Origin: the human T2T-CHM13v2.0 reference genome, Homo sapiens
Length of the DNA stretch: 64,000 bases
NCBI RefSeq assembly: GCF_009914755.1
Contig: NC_060926.1
Direction: 5' to 3' (one strand)
Part shown: positions 14,285-27,219 of the stretch, piece by piece
Position numbering within the stretch: the first letter of the stretch is position 1
Layout: each line of letters starts with the position of its first letter
Translations under genes and position numbers: made by a program
The notes under the pieces: model-generated
The model's input: only the letters and a program-made list of their open reading frames with translations
Told to the model about the DNA's origin: nothing
The model's database searches: none

Positions 14285-14749
14285 AATACACCATTGAGTT
14301 CTCAGTAACCTTTTAATCTATTTAACTCAGAAACCTTAAATTAGATAATAGAAACTTATGCTATTAACCAGAACAGTGGGAGAACCCATTAGCAACAGAC
14401 CATGATGTTACATCTCTTTCTCCACTTGCAATAGTGATCAAGTGCCTTGATTGATTGGAACATCTTAGGTGTTTCCTAATTGCACAAAGAAGCTGAATCA
14501 AATTTGCCTTATTTTATGAGAATTACATTAAAATGATTTTTACGTGCATCCTGTATATCACACTACCTTTTAATATATTCCAGAATCAGAATGAATGATC
14601 ATCTGGAATAGATTTAAATGACTTAGAGTGAAAATAGAGAAAGCATTCACCTATCTCAAACTGTTTGCTGATTAGTCATGGTATATAATATTATCTATCT
14701 ATCTACATACACACATTTATATAACTTATATATAAACACCCCCCACACA

Positions 14750-14793
<44 letters not shown>

Positions 14794-14801
14794 ATCTATC
14801 T
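14750..14801. repeat. (TATC)11 + ATCTATCT tetranucleotide STR
   Basis: Direct read. Confidence 0.97.
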
Positions 14802-14849
14802 GTATTTACTGTTCTTTGTTTCTTAGATATTCATACAGTTAGATCCTCT

Positions 14850-15160
14850 GAAATGTTTTAGATCTTAACTCAAATATCAACCTATCGGAGAGTTTCTCTT
14901 TGACTAAATAATAGTAACTGACATAATAATTCTAGATGTTATTAGCTAATTTTATTTTATTAATTGCATTAAATCCTTTTGAGAAAAATCTTATGTTTAA
15001 TTATTTCTTTATTCTGGATAATTAAAACCGAAACTCTACAAGACCAGTACCTTGTCTGTCTTAGTCACCCATGCATCAGTTACCCTGTGCCTGTAATGAT
15101 ACCTACCAAAAAAAGGAGCTTAATAAATAACTAGTATATATTTATTAAATGAATGTATTA
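14850..15160 (+). mobile_element. L2 3' fragment
   Basis: CTTGTCTGTCTTAGTCACC...GAGCTTAATAAATA L2-end motifs. Confidence 0.55.
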
Positions 15161-15240
15161 AATGATTGGAAAGATAAACAAATGTTTATTACAAAGTTAT
15201 CACCAAAATGTTCTAAAATACGTGACTTATAATCACATAA

Positions 15241-15318
15241 TTACTAAAGCCAGGCTTCCAATTACAAAAAAAAAAAAAATTACTAAAGCCAGGCTTCCAA
15301 TTACAAAAAAAAAAAAAA
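15241..15318. repeat. Perfect 39-bp tandem duplication
   Basis: TTACTAAAGCCAGGCTTCCAATTAC(A)14 occurs twice, identical. Confidence 0.97.
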
Positions 15319-15741
15319 TCTAATATCAATCAGAAAGCTTTTGACAGGAGATAAAACAGAAACTCAAAAACTAAAGAAACATGTATACATTAACAAATGT
15401 AAGCATCAGCAAAATCAGGAAAAGGGACCAGATACCTTGTCTTTTACTGTAATGCTTTTTCATTTCATTATTTAACACAAGTATGTGAAAGAAAATTAAA
15501 TTAATTGTTAGTTGATAAAGGTAATCACTATCTCTGTCCTCCTTTCCATTTTTACATAAGAACGCAACTAAATATGCACTCTTTAAATATATATTATTCA
15601 TCTGTCCCCAACCTTACCTATATACAATTTAGAAACATAAAATAGTCTTAGGCAAAAATAATGATTATATGAAGAAGATCATTTAAGGATTCCTTAAAAC
15701 AACTTGTTGGAATAAAAAAGAACATGGGATTTGGGAAGACA

Positions 15742-16640
15742 TCTGATTTCCTCTCAGGGATTTAGAAAACTAGAAAAAGCATTACTTCCAGTCATAAAAG
15801 AAACAAAACAAAACAAAACTGGACAAATGCAAAGTCATGAATTTCCTTTAATCTGAAGTGAGATTATCAGGGAACAAACTGGTCTGAAATCTAAAGAGAG
15901 GCAGATGCCAAAATCTAGGAAAACAAGACATGCACACTGAGTTAATTGGGGGTAGACACAACAAGATGCTGGTAACAAGAGTTCATCTAGAGAGGTTAAA
16001 GAATTGGTAAAGGTTTCCAATCTTGCACTGGAAAGAGTGTGAGTCTTTGGGAATCACAGAACCTGGGGAGGCTGAGCACTTTTCGTGGTCTTTCTCTAAA
16101 AATGCCACTGTGTGCTCACTGAAAAGGTTGGATAAGATTGTAATAAAGTATCCCTTGTGGAATATACCTGGGAGAGGAGAAGAGCAGCCATTGCAGGAGG
16201 GACACAAACTGCCTTCAGATTCTTCCTCCCCACCTCTCTTACGGAGCAAAAGCTTTCATCTATAGGGACAGACAACAAATAAAATCATTCCATGTACACT
16301 CATGAAAACCCATCACAGCTAAGAGGGAAAATTGGGGGAAGATTTTGTGTGAGCAATGAAGGAATATGTGATGGCTCAGAATAATGACTTGGAGAAATGC
16401 AGGCAGACTTAGCAGTCCTCATGTCCCTATGAACAGAGTGTCTACCTAATCAGCCACCCACCTTCAGACTAACACGTGTTAACTAACAAATAGCTATCAA
16501 ATACTACTGAAGAAAAAAATAAAGAGGAGAAAGAACATGGCAAGAAATCCTCCCTGATGGGCAGCCCCTAGAGCTGAGGGTAAAGAAGATGTTAGGAAAA
16601 AAAAAAAAAACTATCTGGTAAACTAGCCATTACTTGTATC
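15742..16640 (+). mobile_element. Old L1M (L1MC/MD-type) 5' region
   Basis: Resembles the L1M 5' start (…TAGAAAACTAGAAAAAGCATTACTTCC…) and UTR. Confidence 0.5.
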
Positions 16641-16656
16641 ATTAAAAATCTGAAAC

Positions 16657-18585
16657 CGTTGCAGAATACAAAATCAACATACAACAATCGGTAGCATTTC
16701 TATTTGCCAGCAGTGAACAGTCTGAAAGAGAAATAGAAAAGTAATCCCATTTACAATGGCCACAAATAAAATACCAAGAAATTATCTTAACTGAAGAAGT
16801 GAGAGATCTCTACAAAGAAAACTTTAAACACTAATGAAATAAATTGAAGAAGACATCAGAAAATGGAAAGATATATCATGTTCCTCAATTGGAAGGATTA
16901 ATATTGCTAAAATGTCCATACTACCCAAGCAATCTACAAATGCAATGCAATCTTATCAAAACACCAATGACATTCTTAAAAGAAAGACAAAAAAATCCTA
17001 AAATTTATATGGAACCAAAAATACCCAGAATAGCCAAAGTTATTCTATGCAAAAAAAAAAAAAGTGGGGAAATCACATTATCAGATTTTAATAATACCAC
17101 AGAGCTACAATTACCAAAACAGCATGATATTGGCATGAAAACAGAAACATTTATCAATGGAACAGAATAGAGAATCAAAAGACAAATCCATACATCTACA
17201 GTGAACTCGTTGTTGACAAAGGTTCCAAGAACATACACTGGGGAAAGAACAGTCTCTTCAATAAATGGTGCTGGGAAATTTGGGTAACCATATGAAGAAG
17301 AATGAAACTAGGCCCTTGTCTCTCAATACATTAAAAAATCAAATCAAAATGGATTAAAGACTTATATAAGACATCAAACTATGAAACCACTAAAAGAAAA
17401 GATTGAGGAAAGTTTGTAGGACATTGGATTTGGCAAAAATTTCTTGAGTAATACCCCACAAGCAAGGCAAGCAAAGCAAAAAAGGACAAATGGGATCAAA
17501 TGAAGTTAAAAACCTTCTACAGAGCAAATAAAACAATCAATAAAATGAAGAGAGAATTCACATAATGGGAGAAAATATTTGCAAACTATTCATCTCACAA
17601 AAGATTAATAACTAGAATATGTAAGGAGATTAAACGACACTATAGAAAAATATCTAATAATCTGGTACAAAAAATGGGCAAGAAATCTGAATTGGCATTT
17701 CTTAAAAGAAGACATACAAATGGCAAATAGGTAAATGTAAACATATTCAGCATCACTGATCATCAATGAGATATCATCTTATCCCAGTTAAAATGGCTTA
17801 TATCCAAAAGACAGGCAATAACAAATGCTGGTGAGGATTTGAAGAAAAGAGAACCCTCATATACTGTTGCTGGGAATGTATGTTAGTACAACTGCTATGA
17901 TGAACAATTTGGAGGTTCCTCAGAAAACAAAAAATAAAGCTACCGTATTATTCAGCAATCCCACTGCTAGGTATATACCCAAAATAAAGGACATCAGTAT
18001 ATCAAAGAGATATCTGCACTCACATGTTTTTTGCAGTAGTATTCACAATAGCCAAGATTTGGAAGACACCTAAGTATTCCTCAGTAGATGAATGGCTAAA
18101 GAAAATGTGTTACATATACACAATGGCGTACTATTCAGTCATAAAAAGAATTAGATATTGTCACTTTCAACAACACGGATGGGACTGGAGGTCATTATGT
18201 TAAGTAAAATAAGCCTGCAACAGAAAGACAAACTTCACATGCTTTTACCTATTTGTGGGAGCTAAAAATTAAAACAATGAAACTCATGGAAACAGAAAGT
18301 AGAATGATAATATCAGAGGCTGAGAATGGTAGTGGGAGTTTGGGGGGAAAGTGGGGATGGTTAATGGGTACAAAATACTAGTTAGAAAGAATAAATAATA
18401 TCTAGTATTTGAAAGCACAACAGGGTGACTACAGTCAATAATTTAATTGTACACTTAAAAATAACTAGAAGAGTATAATTGGATTGTTTGCAATGCAAAG
18501 GATAAATGCTTGAGGTGATGAATACACCATTTATCCTGATGTGATGATTACTATATACCCACAAAAAATAAAAAGTAAAAAAGTA
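16657..18585 (+). mobile_element. 5'-truncated L1MA1-3 (ORF2 3' half + 3'UTR)
   Basis: GTTGCAGAATACAAAATCAACATAC start, degenerate ORF2 C-terminus, and L1MA 3'UTR ACAACAGGGTGACTACAGTCAATAAT ending in an A-rich tail. Confidence 0.92.
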
Positions 18586-18727
18586 AACAAATAAATCTCA
18601 AACACAGGACAACTTCTAACTCAATGGCCAGCATTTAAGACCTGGAAGAAAGAAGAACATGCTCATTCTCATGCATAAAAATAATTTACTTTGTTCTGTA
18701 CTGTTCTGCACGTGTTTGGCTTTCAGG

Positions 18728-20078
18728 AGAAAAAAAAAAAGCATATAAAGTGCCTCAACCAACTAGACATTGCTATGCAAAATAACAAACCCACAACTAA
18801 CATTATGCTGAATGGGGAAAAGCTGAAATTCTTTTTTCTAAGAACTGAAATAAAACAAGGATGTCCACTTTCCCCACTCCTATTCAACCAACTGCTGAAA
18901 GTCCTAGCCGGAGACATCAGATAAGAGAAATAAATAAAAAGCATCTAAATTGGAAAAGAAGAAGTTGAATTATCTCTCTTTCCAGAGTAGATGACATTAT
19001 ATTTAGAAAAACATAAAGGCTACCCCCAAAAAACTTATAGATCTTATAAATGAATTTAGGAAAGTTGTAGGATACTGAATCAATGCACAAAAAATCCATA
19101 GCATTTTTACACACTGATAATGATTTAGCTGAGAATGAAATCAAGAAATGCCATTTTCATTAGTGACAGAAAAAAAACCCTTAATAATTAATTTAACTAA
19201 GGAGTTAGAAGACATTTACAAGAAAAGCTACAAAAGACTGATGAAGGAAATTTGAGGGATTATAACTGAATGAAAAGATATCTTATGCTCATGGATTGGA
19301 AAAATTAATATTATTAAAATGCTCATACTTCCCAAAGCAATCTATAGATTCAGTATAATTTCTGTCAAAATGCCAACCTCATTCTTTCACATAATTAGAA
19401 ACAAATTCTAAAATTTGTATTAAATGAAAAAAGAGCCCCAATAGTCAAAGCAATCCTGGGTATAAAGAAAAACCTGGAGGCATTACACTACCTGAATTCA
19501 AAATATGTTACAAAGTAGTAACTGTACTAATCAAAACAGCATGGTGTTTGTAAGAAAGAAAACAAAAACTACAAACAAACAACAACAACAACAACAACAA
19601 CAGAAAAACCACATATACCAATGGAACAGAATAGAGAATCCAGGAATAAATTCGCATATTTACAGCCAATTGGTTTTCAACAAAGGTCCCAAGAACAAGA
19701 ACATACACCGGGGCAAGGACACCCTCTTCAATAAAAGGTGCTGAGAAAATTGGATATCCATATGCATGAGGATGAAACTGGACCTCTCTCTTGAACCATA
19801 TGAAAAAATCATGTCATGATAGATTAAAAATTTAAACAAAAGACCAAAAACTATAAAACTACTATAAGAAAGCATATGGAAAACATTTCAGCATGTTGTT
19901 CATGGGAAATTTTATGATTAAGATGTAAAAATCACAAATGAAAATAAAGAAATGGGACTATATTAAACTAAAAAGCTTCTGCATAGCAAAGGAAACAATC
20001 AATGGAGTGAAGAGTCAACCCATAGAATGGGGGAAAATATTTGCAAACTATTCATCCAACAAGGAACTAATATTCAGA
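18728..20078 (+). mobile_element. L1 ORF2 fragment (RT domain), degenerate; (CAA)n at ~19571-19602
   Basis: ORF 18691..18924 contains [12 protein letters not shown]; 19505..19744 contains QWNRIENP. Confidence 0.92.
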
Positions 20079-20574
20079 ATAAACATGATAATATACATTT
20101 AATTCACCAGAACAGTTTGGAATTTACTCATAATGCAATGTATATATCTAGGGGAATTTTTTTTTTAAATATGAGAACAATTTTTACAAACAGAGGTCAA
20201 AGGTTAAAAATAGTTTTTACTGCTATATTATACATCAAAAAACTCAATGGGAAATAAATCAGATAAGAGATATCTAGAACTAGGTTTGGAAATCAGCTAT
20301 ACAATTATTCATGCATAAGACAGTTTACATCAGACCACTAGAATTAAATTAGTGAATATCAATATGTACAGCATTTGAGCACATTAAAAATTAGAAAATC
20401 ATGTGTTATAAAACATACACACAAAATAGTAAGATGGGAAAAGAATATGGATAATGTTTTTCAAACTTACAAGCTGGAAAAGAGACAAAAAAGTAGTTAT
20501 GAGGGGCTTCAAATAATCATAATCTTACTCTATTCTAAGTAAAGCATCTAAAAAATGACAGACTTTCTTTAACA

Positions 20575-20822
20575 GAGACATAATGTGTAGAATCTAAAGT
20601 CAGCCTACCTCATCTTGAGTACTAGCAACACCATTAACTTGATTATATCTTAAGGTATATTATTTAAAGTTGCAAAGCCACAGTCGACTGTAACATAAAT
20701 AACTAGTATACCTGTTTCATAGAGTTTTGTGTGGGGTGGGAAAAGAATGTGGAAATATATATTAAATGTTTAAAACACCTATGACACAAAGGGAATAATT
20801 TGTGAATTTTAAGTATTATTAT
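20575..20822 (+). mobile_element. MIR
   Basis: Degenerate MIR body and 3' end (ACCTGTTTCATAGAGTTTTGTG). Confidence 0.5.
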
Positions 20823-20869
20823 TAGGCTCATCTTACAATATGTTGATGAGTAAATCAATTTATATGTAA

Positions 20870-20971
20870 ATGCTTTGACCAAAAGGAAAAACTGATAAAG
20901 TTGAAGTCAGGAGAACCTTGGCCTAGAAAATTTAAGACGACGAAGTCATTTGAGAATTCCTAATATCGATG
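20870..20971 (+). mobile_element. CR1/L3 fragment, probably the part upstream of the MSTB insertion
   Basis: Weak resemblance to the end of the CR1 endonuclease region; appears to resume at 23478. Confidence 0.4.
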
Positions 20972-23477
20972 TAGTATACTTTGGATGTTTGTCCTCTCCA
21001 AATCTCATGTTGAAATGTGATTTCTAATGTTGGAGGTGAGGTCTGGCGGAAAATGTTAGGGTTATGGAGGAAGATCCCTCATGAGTGGTTTGGTGCCATC
21101 ATTGTGGTAATGAGTAAGTTCTTGCTCTATGAGTTCCCATGAGAGCTGGTTGTTTAAAAGAGCCTAGAACTTCCTCTTCTTTTATTTATTTATATATTTA
21201 TTTATTTATTTATTTGCTCCTATTCTCACCATGTGACATGCTTACTCCCCCATTGCCTTCCACTATGATCGTATGCTTTCTGAGGCCCTCACCAGAAGCA
21301 GATGCTAGCACTACACTTTCTGTACAGCCTGTAGAATCACGAACCAAAGTAAATCTCTTTTATTTATAAATTACTCAGTCTCAGATATACCGTTATAGCA
21401 ATGCAAATGAACTAATATAGAAAATTGGTACTGAGGAGTGGGGTGTTGTTATAAAGATACCTGAAAATGTGGAAGCAGCTGTGGAACTGCGCAACAGGCA
21501 GAAGTTGGAAGAGTTTGATGGTCTCTGAAAACAGGAAGATGAAGGGAAGTTTGGAGCTTCTTAGAAACTTGTTAAGTGTCTGAGACCAAAGTGCTGATAG
21601 AAATATCGACGGTGAAGGCCAGGCTGAGGAGGTCTCAGATGGAAATGAGAAAGTTATTGTGAACTGGAGCAAAGGTCATTCTTGTTACACCCTAGCAAAG
21701 AACATGGCTGCATTGTTTTTATGTCCTAGGGCTTTGTGGAAGGCTGTAGTTTCTAAGCAGCAAAATGTTCAAGATGTGGCATGGCTCATTCTAACAACCT
21801 ATGTTCAGATACAAAGCAAAGAAATCACTTAAAGTTGGAAATTATATTAATATTTAAAAGGAAAGCAGATAATAAAAATTTGGATAATTTGCAGCCTAGC
21901 CATGCAGCAAAGAAGGAAAAGGCATTTTTAGGAGAGGAATAGTAGTGAGCTGCAGAGCAACTATGTGCTAGAGAGATTCACATGACTAAAAGACAGCCAG
22001 ATACTAATATCCAAGAAAATGAAAAAAAATGCATTGAAGGCATTTCAAAAGTTTTTGGGACAGCTCCTCCCATCACAGGCCCAGATTCCTAGAAGAAGAT
22101 AATGGTTACATGGCCCAGGCCCAGGGTACCACTGCCCTGTCTCACCCTGGGAGGCTGCTCCTTGCATTCCCACTGCTCTAATTCTAGCCATGGCTCAAAG
22201 GGCCCCAAGCACAGCTCTGGCCACCACTCTAGAGTATGCAAGCCATAAGCCTTAGTGCCGTAAGCCTTGGTACCATAAGTCTTCGCGGCTTCAACGTGGT
22301 GTCAATCCTGCAGGTGCACAGAATGCTAAAGTGAAGGAGGCTTGGCAGCTTCCACTTAGATTTCCGAGAATGTATTAGAAAGCCTGGATGCCTACGTAGA
22401 AGCCTGCCACAGAGGCAGAGTGCACGCAGAGAAACTCTACTAGAACAGTGACAATGGAAAATATGGGGTTGATGCCCTCATACAGAGTCCCCATTTGGGC
22501 ACTTCCTAGTGGAGCTGTGGGAATGAGGCTACCACCTTCCAGACTAAAAAATGATAGAGCCAACAGCAGCTTGTACCCTGAACCTGGAAAAGCCTCAGGC
22601 ATACAACTCCAACTTGTGAGAGTAGCCATGTAGAATGCACCCTGCAAAGCCACAGGGATGTAGCTGCTCAAGGCATTGGAAGCCCACCCTTCACTCCAGT
22701 GTGCCCAGGATGCAGGACATGGAATTAAGGATTATTTTGGAACTTTAAGATTTAATGCCTGCCTGGCTGGGTTTTGATCTTGTGTGGCTTCTGTTGCTCC
22801 TTTATTTTGACCAATTTCTCCCTTTTGGAATGGGAATATCTATCCAATGACTACACCACCAATGTATCTTGAGAGTAAATAACTTGTTTTGATTTTATAG
22901 GTTCATACCTTAAAGAAATTTACTTTGAGTCTCAGGTGAGACTTTGGATGTTACTTTTGAGTGATGCTGGAGTTGTTTAAGACTTTGGGGGACTATTGGG
23001 AAAGCATGACTGTGTTTTGCAATTTGAGAAGGACAAGAGATTTGGGGAGCAGGGACAAAATGATATAGTTTGGATGTTTGTCCTTCTCAAATCTCATGTC
23101 AATATAAGATTCCTGATGTTGGAGGTGGAGCCTGGTGGGATATGCTAGAATCATGGGACAGGATCCCTTATGAATGGTTTGATGCCATCCTCACAGTAAT
23201 GAGAGAGTTCTCACTCTGTGAGTTAATGAGAGATCTGGTTATTTAAAAGAGCCTGATACTTCTTGTTTCTCTGACTCCCTCCAGTGCTATGTGACTTCCT
23301 GCTCCTCCTTTGCCTTCTGTCGTGATTGTAAGCTTCCTGAAGCCCTTACCAGAAGCAGATAGTAGCACCATGCTTCCTGTACAGCCTGCAGAACCATGAG
23401 CCAAAATAAACCTCTTTTTAAAACTAAATTACCCATTCTCAAGTATTCCTTTACAGCAATGACAATGGACTAACACA
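20972..23477 (+). mobile_element. Complete MaLR, MSTB-like: 5' LTR 20972-21419, internal 21420-23060, 3' LTR 23061-23477
   Basis: Two similar LTRs (TTTGGATGTTTGTCC..CAAATCTCATGT; ending ACTAATATA / ACTAACACA) around an MST-int starting GAAAATTGGTACTGAGGAGTGGGG. Confidence 0.93.
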
Positions 23478-25440
23478 TCAAGGTAGGGAATACTACTTAT
23501 ATTCACGAAGTTTAGAAAAATACGTATCAAGATTTTACGAGAAATGAAAGTATTTTCCTTTGAGCAGAGACTTTATAAAACAATAAGGATCAAGGAAAAT
23601 ATATGTCATTCTAGGGGAAAAATAAAAAGTAAGTGATGAAATCACAAGTGATCATAGTTTTAAAAGGTAGAGCTATAGCTAATAAATTATTTTGGCCACA
23701 GAAAAACTTTCCAGTGAGCAATGACTTCAAAAGGAAAAGACATCAAACAGCAAGAAAAAAATACAAAATAGTGTCCTAGAACTGTAAAACCAGACAAAGA
23801 GCATTAAATCCCAGAATAGACTGCAATAAAGCATATTAAGAGCAATCTAAGGCTTTTAAAGCCCAGAATAAAATGAAAAAGAAGGAATAGAACCAGAGCT
23901 TGAGTTGTAATGTTAATAGCGAATAGACATCAAGTAGAGAAACAGAGCTTCAATTTTCTCCTATTTTCTTTTGTAAGAATAATAATTCTATCCACTGGAA
24001 ACAAGAAAAAGATTTTTAAAAGAATAATAATCTTTAGTCTTCAGTATCCCATTAACTGAAGAAGTGGTAAAGAATATTTGAATTATAGAAAGAAAACAGA
24101 AGAAACCAGAAAGCTGCAGAAGAATAAATTCTTCAGCTTCCATAAAGGTAAACATTAAAGATGCCCAAAATTATAGCACCTAATGTAGATTCCCAAAAGT
24201 GTGTAGTCCAGATTACAAAACAGATGGTCTGTGAACACTCAGAAAATGAAGAACATAACATTTGGTCTCAGCATGATCTCTGTAAATGAAACATGACAAA
24301 CTAAATTTATTTCCTTTTTTGATATAGCTCCCAGACAGCTAGATGAAAGAAATGCCCCAGAAATAATACATCTGGATTTTAGAAAAACGTTTGACAAGTT
24401 CTCAGCTGTCCTTGTGGACAAGCCAGAGCAATGTGGGCTAGCTGATAGTGCATGGGATGGATGTGAGCCTACTTCTGTGCCCATACCCAGGGTGGTAATT
24501 TATGAATCAGTGTCAGGCAGGTGGAAACTGTCTAGCACCATGTCCCAATGCTCTTTTCTTGGCCTTGTTTTATTCAACCTATTCATCAATATCTGTTTGA
24601 GCTCTTGTTGTAGCTGTGTGTAAGCATATCCAAAGCAGAAGAGAAATTCACTAGCATTTATTCAGCAGCCACTGTATGTTTGTCATAGTACGTATATTAT
24701 CTAAATTTATCTTTATAACAGCCCTATAAGGTAGAGGGTATTAGCCCTATTTTACTAGGAAGCAAATTGGAACTCAGAGAGTTGAGATACTTGTCTCATA
24801 ACCAGCATGTAGTTGAACAAGGAAATGGGTTTGTATAATTCAAGACTTTATGGCCTTTTCACTGTATTATGCTACCTCAAAATAAAGATCAACTGCAGAA
24901 TGTGATTATCATAAAAATTATTGCTGTCTCCTGTTACATTAATAGTCATTTAGTCACCTGATTAATGGAGGCAGTTATTTAACCATGCTCTGCAGTGGTC
25001 TGGCTATACCTGGACTTATGAGCGCAGGTCTTTATTACATGTTCAGAGAGACACATAAAATGCAGAGTGTTGAGATAATAACTAGGTTTGGGAAACCAAG
25101 TTATGTGACTAGTTGTCTGGCCAATATAAGACATATACAGTTAGGATAGTTGTTTTCAAAAACCAGAGGGGCTATGAGGGAAAGGAAATATCCCATAGAG
25201 TCTAAGTAGTAAATTATAGAACAAGTAAGTAGCAGTTACAAGAACAGGGCACTATGTAAAAGTACTGTGTAGATAAAAGGACATTACAAAGAAGTGAATA
25301 TTCTACCTTGTAGGGTATCCAGCTCTTTATAGTTGAGCAAACAATAAGTATCATCAATTTTCCAAGCTGTTGTAAGGGAGATTTGTTTTTTTTTTTTGCA
25401 TTGAATGTAAAGTTGGACCAGATGACTCCTGAGACTTTCC
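23478..25440 (+). mobile_element. CR1/L3 LINE ORF2 remnant (RT domain and 3' region), interrupted by MIR
   Basis: ~24297-24403 reads QTKFISFFDIAPRQLDERNAPEIIHLDFRKTFDKFS (CR1 TNLISFFD...YLDFSKAFDKV). ORF 24414..24623 has RVVIYES...QCSFLGLVLFNLFIN (CR1 QRVVING...QGSVLGPVLFNIFIND). Confidence 0.85.
24655..24872 (-). mobile_element. MIR
   Basis: AACAGCCCTATAAGGTAG...CCCTATTTTAC...GGAACTCAGAGAGTTGAG core. Confidence 0.8.
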
Positions 25441-25537
25441 TTTTTTTTTTTTTTTGCATCTTCATCCCTAGTCCCCCTGTAATATCTCACCCTTTCAGGC
25501 TTGTAAATTTACTGTGGACCACAACTACCAAGTCAGT

Positions 25538-25881
25538 CCTTCCTTCCTTTCTTCCTTCCTTCCTTCCTTTCTTCCTTCCTTTCTTTCTTCCTTTCTTTCC
25601 TTATTTTCTTTCTTTCCTCTGTCACCCAGGCTGGAGTGCAGGGGAGTGATCTCAGCTCACTGCATCCTCCACCAGTTCAAGCATTTCTCCGGCTTCAGCC
25701 TTCCAAGTAGCTGGGATTGCAGGCTTGTGCCACCATGCCTGGCAAATTTTTTTGGATTTTTAGTAGATAAGGGGTTTCACCATGTTAGCCAGGCTGGCCT
25801 TGAAGTCCTGACCTCAAATAATCTGCCCACCTCAGCCTCCCAAGGTGCTGGGATTACAAGTGTAAGCCACCGTGCCCGGCC
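25538..25881 (-). mobile_element. AluS element whose tail has become a (CCTT/CTTT)n repeat
   Basis: Ends CGTGCCCGGCC at 25881; 25538-25617 is a pyrimidine STR. Confidence 0.95.
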
Positions 25882-26212
25882 CTGTAGTATTATTTCTATA
25901 TTATGTAATATACTATAAATATATTAAAATACGATAAGCAGGCCATTCATTTTATTCATTTAGATAAGACCACTAGCGTTTTGACATTATTATGCCCAAA
26001 CTACCTAATCACCATATCCCCAGTTTTACCCTAAAACAATTTATACAAAACCCTTCTCTTTTCAACTGTCTTTTTCACCCTTCCAATTATACTTTACTGT
26101 CAAGACTTCACTCAATTTTCTCTTTATTTGAAACCACTCTAGCCTACAATGACCTTACCACTCTGAAATTCTAAGCTTCTAGCTGTATTGTACTCTCTAT
26201 CAGATGCTTTGT

Positions 26213-26800
26213 CTTAATTTATTATAATTTTTAATTTTTGTGGGTACATAGTAGGTATATGTATTTATGGGGTATGTGACATGGTTTGATACAGGTATGC
26301 AATGTGTAATAATCACATTATGAAAAATGGGGCATCCATTCCCTCAAGCATTTATCATTTGTTTTACGAACAATCTGATTGTACTCTTTTAGTTATTTTA
26401 AGCCATTTCCTGTTTGCCCTGAGAAATGAGTGCTGGCAGTGAGCTTCACTTTTTATTTTTTCTAAATGGAAAAAATGGGTGAAAATTGTACTATTAAATT
26501 ATTATTGACTATAGTCACTCTGTTGTGCTTCTAAAACAAGGCCTTGTCCATTCATTCTAACTAATTTTTGTACCCATTTATCATCTTCACCTCCCCACTG
26601 ACCCTCATACTACCCTTCACAGCCTCTGGTAGCCATCCTTGTACTGTCTATCTCCGTGAGTTCAATTGCTTTGATTTTTAGATCCCACAGAGATCATGTA
26701 AAGTTTGTCTTTCTGTTCTTGGCTTATTTCATTTAATAAGATGTCCTCCGGTTCCATCCGCGTTGTTGCAAATGACTGAATCACATTCTTTTTTATGAGT
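26213..26800 (-). mobile_element. L1MA1-3 3' fragment
   Basis: TTTTTAATTTTTGTGGGTACATAGTAGGT L1MA terminus and 3'UTR. Confidence 0.9.
26402..26479. mobile_element. MER75A-like piggyBac MITE
   Basis: TTAA|GCCATTTCCTGTTTG ... TAAATGGAAAAAATGGG|TGAA: terminal inverted repeats with a TTAA-type TSD, interrupting the L1MA. Confidence 0.85.
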
Positions 26801-27219
26801 GTGTCTTTTTGCTACTGAGGACGGGGTTAATAGCTTCATTTCTTGTATCACAAAATAAGTCCTTTTTATCCATAAAGGTATGACCTAAATGCATCCAAGT
26901 TCTTAAAAATATTAAGAATTTTAAAAATTCTATTTTGACCTCAGACTTAAACTTTGCATATTAAATGTTTTTAAAAAACTGCATATTAAATGTTTAGTTA
27001 ATAAACTTAGAATATATTAGCAAATGAATTTTACTCTATAAATTTTATTTAATATAATATATGTATATTTGTGTTTTATATGCTGTGGGTTGAGAGGGGC
27101 ATGGAAAAAAGGGGTGAAATGATCTTCTGATCTTATTTCACACAACACATCACTCTGGTTAGGCACGTAGCAATTGCTGAAATAATTCTTGCTCAATTAA
27201 ATTTGATTTTAACAATAGA

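Noticed and set aside
20967-23482. TSD for the MSTB-like element
   Set aside because: Flanks CGATG and TCAAG do not match convincingly.
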